Shown: positions 58,401 to 64,000 of the stretch, one piece after another
Layout of the letters: each line of letters begins with the position of its first letter
Numbering within the stretch: position 1 is the stretch's first letter
Origin: Rhizaria sp. SCN 62-66
Lineage: Eukaryota
NCBI GenBank assembly: GCA_001724265.1
Contig: MEDY01000021.1
Span: 62,001-126,000, forward strand
Direction of reading: 5' to 3'
DNA: 64,000 nucleotides
The notes under the pieces: model-generated
The model's database searches: none
What the model saw: the letters and a program-made list of their open reading frames with translations, nothing else
Told to the model about the DNA's origin: nothing
Translations under genes and position numbers: made by a program

Positions 58401-61270
58401 AGGCCGCCAAGGCGGACGAGGCGCGCGAGAACGAGGCCGCGCTTGCAACCGCGGTCGCCAAGACCGAGGAGCTCGAAGAGGCTCTCCGCGAGCAGCGCCG
58501 CGTCGCCGAGGAGGACGCCCGCCGCGAGCGCGCTGCTCTCGAGGAGCGCCGCGTTTCCGAGCTCGAGGAGCTTCGCGCCGAGCTCGCGCGCGTGCAGGAC
58601 GAGCGCCGCGCCGCCAAGGCCGAGCAGGGCAAGAGCGACGCCGCGCTTGTCGTCGCCGAGAGCCGCGCGCGCGAGGCCGAGGAGGAGCGCGCCGCCGCGA
58701 CTGAGCAGCGCGAGGACCTTGCCGCCAAACTTGCCGAGGCCGTTGCCCGCATCGCGGCCGTGACGGCGGAACGCGTGGGCGCCGAGTCTGCCGCGCGCGA
58801 GGAGCATGAGCGCTCCGAGGCCGCTGCGCGCGAGATTGAGCACGAAACCAAGGCCAACGAGGAGCTCCGCGCTCGCGTTGAGGAGCTTCAGGCCGCGCTC
58901 GACGCCAAGACTGCTGAGGCCGAGGAGAAGACTGCGCAGGCTGAGCAGAGCGCCGAGGAGGCCGCTGCCGCCGCGCGCAAGAGCGAGGCCGCCCAGGCCG
59001 CCGCTGCCGCCACCGCGGCCAAGGCTGCCGCGGAGATTGCCACGGTGCAGGCCACCGCGGACGAGACTGAGGAGGCGCGCGTCGCCGCTGTGAAGCAGAT
59101 CGAGGAACTGGAGCAGGCGCTTAAGGCGAAGCAAGCCGAGGAGCGTGCGCAGGCCCGCGAGGTCGAGATCGCGCTCGCGCGCGTCGAGGCACAGGAGGCC
59201 CGCGCCGTGGCCGCCGAGAGCAAGATCGACAAGGAGAAGGAGCGCGTCGTGGACTCGATCAAGGAGGTCAAGGAGCTCACGGAGCGTCTCCGCGAGCTCG
59301 AGGATGCTGTGCAGGACGGCATGGAGCGTGAGGCCGCGGCTCTCAAGGAGGCCGCAACTGCCCGCGCCGACGCCGAGCGCGCTGCGACGGAGCACGAGCT
59401 CGCGGCGTCTGCGCAGCGGCTCGAGACTGAGGCCGTCCGCGAGGAGAAGGCCGCCGTGGAGCACGAGCTCACGACACTGCTCAACACGCCTCCCCCGCCG
59501 CCGCCCGTCATGGTGTCGAAGGCTACCGAGACGGACGTCATTCTGAACCCTGTGCCGAACCGCCGCCCCAACGGCAAGAACGGCGCTGGCGCCACTGTGG
59601 CCGAGCTGGAGTCCGCGCTCGAGATGGAGCAGTCCCGTGTCGCGGCGCTCAAGAAGGAGTTCACTGCCTACCGCAGCGCCAAGGACCGCGAGCTGCTCGA
59701 GATGACCGAGCTCGCCGCCACTGCGCAGAACGAGGTCGAGGCGCTCCAGGAGCGTGTTGCCGCGCTCGAGGAACTGCTTGAGCAGATCGGCCTCGACGGC
59801 GTGCCTTCGACGCACTCTGAGCCGCGCACCGGCGCGCCGTCGACGCGCCAGATGCACATGGACCGCGCGCGCACGCTACTTGAGGTGCTGGAGCCGCAAG
59901 TCGGTATCACCATCGCCAAGCCCGTCCCCGGTCAGCAGGCCGTGCGCGTGCTCAAGGTCCTCATCGGCAAGGCCGCCTACAACGCCGGTCTGCGCCCCGA
60001 TGACGAGATCGAGCAGGTTAACGGTGTTGACACGCCCGACAACGCGTCGTTCACGCAGGAGTTCACCCGTCAGGCCCAGGCCGGCACGATCATCTCGCTC
60101 CAGGTTCTTGCCCGCCGCGCCGATGGCGGCAAGGCGGCGCGCAACGTCCAGATCGAGATCGGTTCCCGCCATGTCACCTGCGGCCAGGTCAAGGATCTGC
60201 GTCGCATTGCCGGTGGTGTGCTTAAGCCCGGCGACAACGCGTTGCTGGAGGAGGTTGAGGTGCTGCAGGACGCTGTGGGCGACATGCCCGCCAACAGCCC
60301 CTACCGTCGCGCGCGCGAGTCCTACGGCGGCGCGCTGCCCGCGCCCGAGCCCGCAGCTGGTGCTTTGACGTACGACTACGGACCAGGTCAGGGCCAGATG
60401 GTCGAGCACCACGACCAGGGCGCCGGCACGGAAGATTACCACGATGAGCACGACGACTTTGGCGTCGACGACGACCGCACCGCGCACTCGCTGGGCGATG
60501 ACGCCTCCGGTGCTGTCGACGACGTTGACGCAGACGCAGACGCAGACATGGCCGCTGCGCATGACGTCACTGGTGACGACTCCACTAACACTGGTGCCGG
60601 TATGATGACTCCCCCGCGTCGCGCCAGCATGTCGTCGCCCGACGGCGACTACGCACCGCCTTCGACGCCGCCCCTGCTGCCCGCGAGCTACGTCGAGGAG
60701 AGCGACGGCCAGATCCTCTTCCCGAACCGCCACCCGCGCATGCCACTGCAACAGCAGCAGCCCGCGTCCGCGGCGCAGAAGCCCGCTCCATCCGGCCGCC
60801 GCGCTTCGACCTCGAACCCTGCCCCGCGCTCGACGACGCCCAACCCCAACGTAGCTACCGAGCCCCCGCGCTCAGCGCGCCGTCCCGGTGCCCCGTCGCC
60901 GACGCCGTCGACCGGCTCGATGTCTGCCCGAGGCCTCGGATCCCCCGCGCCCCCGTCCGGTGGCCGCACGCCCCCCGTGGCGCCCGTGTCGGCCTCGCGC
61001 GTGCCCGCCCCGCGCGCGCAGCACCCGTACTCGGCCCGCCAGGCGTCTGACATGGGCGCGCGCTCGCCGCCGCTGCCTGGCTCTGCGCGCGCGCCCAACA
61101 AGTACGGGCCGTACAACCGCGTGCCCGTGCCTGCACAGGAAATTGCGCAATCACGTCTGATGCCCGAGCGCCGCGCTGATCTCGGGTTCGTGGCGGACCA
61201 GATCAACGATGGCGGTGCGTCGCCGTCTGTCAACAGCAACGCTAAGCCCCGGGCGACGCCGCGCCGCTAA
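52415..61270 (+). CDS. Giant cytoskeletal protein: tandem calponin-homology (CH-CH) actin-binding domain, ~2000-aa coiled coil, PDZ domain, Pro-rich tail (~2951 aa)
   Basis: CH1: QRKTFTRWLNLHL, SGVVLVKLAEVL, GLTWQLILFY. CH2: DWSQSWRSGLVL, LQVPPLVDASDL..LLAYIS. PDZ-like GITI...AAYNAGLRPDDEIEQVNG at ~59900-60170. Confidence 0.88.
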   Translation: MSSQDKGDVRDAAQRKTFTRWLNLHLRKANGGPITITDMKEDYKSGVVLVKLAEVLCGKTLKYSAKPSGSIQCVANLAIALKAFAEDGVPLHNIHAATIEKGDEKISMGLTWQLILFYQVITSHVEAEVTATERSSTPGTPKAPRTPAAIKDRQRKFATTFNMNDFKSQLLLFVNKSVSTIPSQHSAALSGFADSSAAPQRVLCEDWSQSWRSGLVLAHLVAALDAQHRAGVSSAPDAAATLATAQETAVAELLSAAASRPDASSSPALALASAAIARAEAKLQVPPLVDASDLIGGADTQALLAYISYFKTAEANSPRNDEKKSEGEKDKADAAAAPSLLTVDEDDDDVPTLSAPPALQTPHALEPTPRNSVPKPALVVDQTEVDTAFDEVGFLRREIAARNEPAVETQIALLREELVTVRAALDALPPAAREGGPQGKRWGEHLKRLDTDIGVLENERVKREERAERRRNARSGVDAADTLQDEEEDEDFYDEDEDEDGFGHDIYQKDERVAREAQQMASASNDAAMEASRVAVEAVEAAEKANAERDAAQEQLTVAERELDELRRKMEEMKKKQTQMEEQTKQAVDEKTAAEAAARENEQRTAELKKELAAAKLASLATSEKEHETNKSVTKKTEELSKQLADERARAAEEKERADKAEADRDATKEQLKNEQLSRKLAEEAAAKEAADAAAAREEAKKEQERTQARAEAAETEREKLRKELSETSVKEAGAAQKGKELDKQSKDLERQLKAEEAKSEAARKEAEKQAKALETATAREKAAADKASAAEKKQKETDEKVVALQKELAAEKAKAEAAEGKVDSLSSSQTQREAKAAEVEKRVRELETEAEKAAQREKELASRAESAETEREKLRKELSETSVKEAGASQKSKEQSKQIKELEDKYKAEQAKHETTRKDADKKAKALEAATVREKAAADKATASEKKQKETDDKVVALQKELAAEKAKAEAAEGKAASLSTTQSERDKQAEATAKKLREHEAEAEKAAQREKELTARAEAAEKERETIRKELSEVIVKEAGSSQKSKEHHKQVKELEKQLKAEQAKHEAAREELVKAEKAAEAADGREKSTAERLTAGSKKQQETDAQVLTLQSELAAERAKAEAAEGQATSLATTQTQRDAEAAATEKRLRDLEKQLADAERREKDAVARAEASEAESADKGAQLQSQAAREQEQAKAAKELSRQLAEAVAATAAEKTRADKADERAEQQSEKLQSKNKELSEKNKELVKTSKEAVATAATDRARAETAERVASENEAALAKAQAELAARQAALDKATSDAAAKQKALDKAEAERAKQAADRKELSGSKSGLEKRVAELVALLAAEKARGDKAESGVAAKEDELARLRAAVAEQKTALDKAEEDRAAHDAAAASAAHKYDELKTASEVAAIESAARAARVSALEEELAEARKLAAEEAARAQKLEDESSARDGTAKELQGKERALAQQVARLEKDLAAAQRTSETERARAEEAERVCEQRAEQVKTLETSEATLTKSSKATEQQLAATQRDLQREQERADKAEAEAAQTADAGREAAVREAALTKALRELERVSAEQQSAVQESSARAATAEAEAQRAEAAAAEAREAETATAAALRESERQLAEANKASTARQQRVETLQAETAALEARVEELESTNKDANSRGSSASKRIRELEREAAEALKALEEIKVKNEANETALRESRVEAEDNAAAVKAAGFKIKELERTIVDKERARADAAVTAQQHADQAAAADARSAVTQKRAADAELKLAETQKELANEVAERAAAEATAQRLKITADSVVEKEVRLAELAAAVAAAEQATAATQVDLERTRSTVQQRDLAAEAAASRIASLEAALEESQATHAKAAREASEHEATAAARASEVRRLEAELGKSQRAVQTHEEECAKHSHELSEAKHKAAEHSAAMVRLTGQAEASKAAATRAEAAKEAAEAELAKMVQDLAEQEGKAGEQSSALTRTQAALEAVRAVLARTEAAKADEARENEAALATAVAKTEELEEALREQRRVAEEDARRERAALEERRVSELEELRAELARVQDERRAAKAEQGKSDAALVVAESRAREAEEERAAATEQREDLAAKLAEAVARIAAVTAERVGAESAAREEHERSEAAAREIEHETKANEELRARVEELQAALDAKTAEAEEKTAQAEQSAEEAAAAARKSEAAQAAAAATAAKAAAEIATVQATADETEEARVAAVKQIEELEQALKAKQAEERAQAREVEIALARVEAQEARAVAAESKIDKEKERVVDSIKEVKELTERLRELEDAVQDGMEREAAALKEAATARADAERAATEHELAASAQRLETEAVREEKAAVEHELTTLLNTPPPPPPVMVSKATETDVILNPVPNRRPNGKNGAGATVAELESALEMEQSRVAALKKEFTAYRSAKDRELLEMTELAATAQNEVEALQERVAALEELLEQIGLDGVPSTHSEPRTGAPSTRQMHMDRARTLLEVLEPQVGITIAKPVPGQQAVRVLKVLIGKAAYNAGLRPDDEIEQVNGVDTPDNASFTQEFTRQAQAGTIISLQVLARRADGGKAARNVQIEIGSRHVTCGQVKDLRRIAGGVLKPGDNALLEEVEVLQDAVGDMPANSPYRRARESYGGALPAPEPAAGALTYDYGPGQGQMVEHHDQGAGTEDYHDEHDDFGVDDDRTAHSLGDDASGAVDDVDADADADMAAAHDVTGDDSTNTGAGMMTPPRRASMSSPDGDYAPPSTPPLLPASYVEESDGQILFPNRHPRMPLQQQQPASAAQKPAPSGRRASTSNPAPRSTTPNPNVATEPPRSARRPGAPSPTPSTGSMSARGLGSPAPPSGGRTPPVAPVSASRVPAPRAQHPYSARQASDMGARSPPLPGSARAPNKYGPYNRVPVPAQEIAQSRLMPERRADLGFVADQINDGGASPSVNSNAKPRATPRR
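54420..55920 (+). repeat. Internal 462-nt (154-aa) tandem triplication within the coiled coil; boundaries approximate
   Basis: The ERExxRKELSExxVKEAG block recurs at 54563, 55025 and 55487, exactly 462 nt apart. Confidence 0.9.
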
Positions 61271-61838
61271 ACACAAAACAGACACCAGCAACGAGTACGA
61301 ACAGTGCATTGAGTAAGTGAGTGATTATCCACGCTCTGGTGTGGTATGCTGTGAGTGCTGTTCTCGCGTTCTGTTGAGGTGATGTTAAATTATGCTAATT
61401 TTGCTCTGATCTTTTTGTCATGCAATCTGTGATGTATTACAAAAAGACAAGGCACGTTGTTGTACTGCGCAGCGATACCGACAACTGACTACATTTTAAA
61501 ATGGTGTTTGTTTTTTTCTATTTCTCTTCAGGTGGCTCATCGAGCGAATTTATGATGTCCTAGCCTGCAGGTTTTTGATTTTGCTTTTCTTTTGTCTCAT
61601 TTCGTCTTTTCTATGTAAGTTCGGTTTGCTCATGCATCCCAACTCTTGTTGTCTGTCCCATCCACAGGAGTGCCTTTTGAGTTACTATTCTTACTGGTCG
61701 TTTTGTTCTTCAGACTACCTCAACAATAACAATACATTGTTCACTATCTAACACTGTAAGCGTTGAACTCAAGCAAGTGTATAAATCAAAATCATATGCT
61801 GTATTCAAATCAAATCAATTCTAGCTTGGTAACGCGAT

Positions 61839-64000
61839 TCATTTTGCGGGGCGCTTCTTCTCAGTGGTTTCCTTGACAATCGCCTGCACAAAAGCATTCG
61901 TCTCCTCCTTCTGCGCGGCTGCTGTCGCCACGCGTGCACGCCGTGCCGCACGCTCCTGCTTGCGTTGCGGCGATTCAAAGTCGTCTGCCTCCGCCTCCCA
62001 GGGTTCGTTGTCATCGTACACATCGCCACCAGCGCCACTCTGCTGCTCGACACCGTGGCCAAACGCAGCTTGGGGGGCGCGCGTCTGCGCATGTTGAAGC
62101 TCGCGCAAGTCACTGCCGTATGCCTCGCCAAATGCGCCCAGAGACGTGTCAACAGCCGCTGCAGCGTCATCGTCCTCAGCAGCGATCGCGTTCGCAATCG
62201 CGTCGTCTTTGTTCTCAGCAGCGTCGTCAGCGCCGACGAAACCGGCATCTTCGGCACGCGTACCCAGGTGTACAGTCACCGTCGCGGGCGTACGCGCGGC
62301 GGCGCGCGCAAGACCTAGAGGGACGAGCTCAACCGCGCTTCCCGCACTCGCGGTATTACCGCGCGCGCTGCCAGTTCCAGGAGCGTTGCGTGCGGTGCGG
62401 AAGAGCTCTTCTTCCTCTTCCTCATCACTGTCACGTCCCGCAGCGCCCTCAAACGCACCGAAGTCACCTTCATCCTCGTCGCGACCACCCAGCAGCAGCC
62501 CATTGCGCTCCGCCACGAGCACGCGCTCGCGCTCGCTCGCACCGCTGGCTCCGCCGCGCGCGCGCATGCGGCGCACAGTCTCGCGCACAGACCGCACACG
62601 CTTGCCCACAGCAGCGCGAACGCTCCGGTACGCACGGCGAAACGCAGACGCGCGCTTGACAACAGAAGCAGTGACCGCAGCAGTGTTCGCTGCAGCGGCC
62701 GCGTTGACTGCGTCTTCGTCGTCGAGATCCTCGCCAGCAGCACGGCGGCGCGCGCGCTCAGCCTCGCGCGCCGCAGCCTCCGCGGCCTCCGCAGCAGCTT
62801 CTGCAGCGGCCTCCGCAGCCGCGGCAGCCGCAGCCCGGCGCGCGTCCGCGTTCTTGCGCCTGCGCTGCAGGGCCTCGTTGTCCTCGACGGCAGGCAACAA
62901 ACGCAAAAGCGGGTGCGCGGCGCCACGGGCGAAGATCTCTGCGATGACGAGCTCAGCGGGGTCAAGCGTGGGCAAGTCGTAACAAAGGCGCCAGGCAACC
63001 GAAGCCGCGGCCTGGGTGCGCGCCCACGATGCGCAGAGCGCTGCGACAACAGTATCGAGAGGCACGCACACGCGCGCAAAGGGATACAGCGGCTCTTCTT
63101 CAGTTTTAACCCAGGCAGCTTTTTGCGATGTGTTCGTAGCAGGCTGCGCATTAGCGTCGTTGTTAGCGTTGTTATTGGCGGATGTCCAGCGCGACAAGAA
63201 CGCAACCTCCTCGTCATCAGTCGCATGGCCGCTACCCGCCTGTTGGCCTCCGCGGCCGTGATTATTATCGCTGGCATCTTCGTTGATCGTAAGCGAAAGC
63301 AGAGACAGCGCATCAATCGCGCGCCGTGAGTAGCCATGCGAGAGGGGACCGTAAGAAGTGCCGTCACTGTCCAAGTCGACATCGTAGGGGTTGTAGTTGG
63401 TGGTGTGTCCGCCCTCCTCCTCGTCGTCCTCACCAAGCAGCCACGCCTTGTCGCGCGCAGCAGCACTTGCGCTCGCAGTTTTAGCCGTCGCTGAACGTCC
63501 AGCAGCGGGCGTCGCCGTGCTGTTGCTACCGCTAGCCGCGGCGCCGCTCTCCGCACTGCTGTTGGTATTAGTGGCAGCTGGAGGGCGCCGGCGCGGTGCA
63601 TTCGCGGGCACGGGGAACTTTGTCCGGTATTTCTCGCCCGCAGCATCTGCGTTCGTGATCAAACCCATCGCGATCGCATCAGCCAAGTCAAGTTCAAGCA
63701 AGCCCGCCTGTTCCCACGTCCGCTCACAAGCGTCTGGTGTCGTGCAGCTCCCGTCGCAGTCGCCATAGCACTTGACAGTGGTCGCAGAACTGCCTGTACC
63801 GCCCTCGTCACCGTTCTCACCGCTCTTCTTAGCCACAGGCAGAGTGACAGCAACATCAGTTCCCGCAATGCAATGCTCCTTAGCAAGCGCCCTGCTACCG
63901 CGCACCATCAACTTTCGGTCGCGCACTACGTCCACAGCACCCGCGCGCGCTGCAGCTAGCAGCAGACCCAGCGCGCGCTCGCGGCCGACAGTGACTTGCT
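61839..64000 (-). CDS. Hypothetical protein, 3' part only; the 5' end lies beyond the window
   Basis: The frame of ORF 61839-63935 stays open to the window edge. Basic C-terminus EKKRPAK. No family recognised. Confidence 0.7.
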   Translation of the reverse strand, partial: QVTVGRERALGLLLAAARAGAVDVVRDRKLMVRGSRALAKEHCIAGTDVAVTLPVAKKSGENGDEGGTGSSATTVKCYGDCDGSCTTPDACERTWEQAGLLELDLADAIAMGLITNADAAGEKYRTKFPVPANAPRRRPPAATNTNSSAESGAAASGSNSTATPAAGRSATAKTASASAAARDKAWLLGEDDEEEGGHTTNYNPYDVDLDSDGTSYGPLSHGYSRRAIDALSLLSLTINEDASDNNHGRGGQQAGSGHATDDEEVAFLSRWTSANNNANNDANAQPATNTSQKAAWVKTEEEPLYPFARVCVPLDTVVAALCASWARTQAAASVAWRLCYDLPTLDPAELVIAEIFARGAAHPLLRLLPAVEDNEALQRRRKNADARRAAAAAAAEAAAEAAAEAAEAAAREAERARRRAAGEDLDDEDAVNAAAAANTAAVTASVVKRASAFRRAYRSVRAAVGKRVRSVRETVRRMRARGGASGASERERVLVAERNGLLLGGRDEDEGDFGAFEGAAGRDSDEEEEEELFRTARNAPGTGSARGNTASAGSAVELVPLGLARAAARTPATVTVHLGTRAEDAGFVGADDAAENKDDAIANAIAAEDDDAAAAVDTSLGAFGEAYGSDLRELQHAQTRAPQAAFGHGVEQQSGAGGDVYDDNEPWEAEADDFESPQRKQERAARRARVATAAAQKEETNAFVQAIVKETTEKKRPAK

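Noticed and set aside
55979-59857. 1292-aa antisense ORF, and many other long antisense/alternate-frame ORFs (e.g. 53210-55261, 16531-18693, 4799-6607, 20412-22112)
   Set aside because: Shadows of GC-rich, strongly codon-biased sense genes. The translations are L/G/R or S/A low-complexity with no motifs.
62950-63060. Faint resemblance of AASVAWRLCY to the C-terminus of RNA-dependent RNA polymerases
   Set aside because: Too short, and no catalytic DxDGD-containing region is visible in the window.

Overview
Gene-dense eukaryotic nuclear DNA, probably from a protist. A SAR/rhizarian affinity is only a weak impression from the kinase and secreted-protein features. Coding regions are GC-rich; intergenic spacers (about 0.5-1.4 kb) and introns are AT-rich. 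I model 12 protein genes, the last truncated by the window edge, and 6 GT-AG introns of 87-190 nt (donors mostly GTACGT). In order: an N-acylated five-cNMP-domain protein; a METTL7-like methyltransferase; a secreted Cys/Tyr-motif protein head-to-head with a secreted, degenerate alpha-carbonic anhydrase/coiled-coil protein; a non-RD CAMK/CDPK-like kinase head-to-head with an F-BAR-SH3 protein; a giant TPS with a dead TPP domain; an Ala-rich unknown; a giant NRF-6-like acyltransferase; a PEX13-like gene head-to-head with a CH-CH/coiled-coil/PDZ protein; and a partial unknown. Most notable: (1) all 11 complete genes have a polypyrimidine-AG splice acceptor upstream of the ATG, suggesting universal 5'-UTR introns or spliced-leader trans-splicing; (2) the divergent secreted pair carries S/A-hydrophobic-x-E motifs resembling subtilisin processing sites, a candidate extrusome/scale precursor module; (3) conserved domains are repeatedly split by very large in-frame low-complexity insertions; (4) several enzymes have altered catalytic residues. 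No rRNA, tRNA, transposon or CRISPR array was recognised. All domain calls are by-eye motif recognition; no database search was run.
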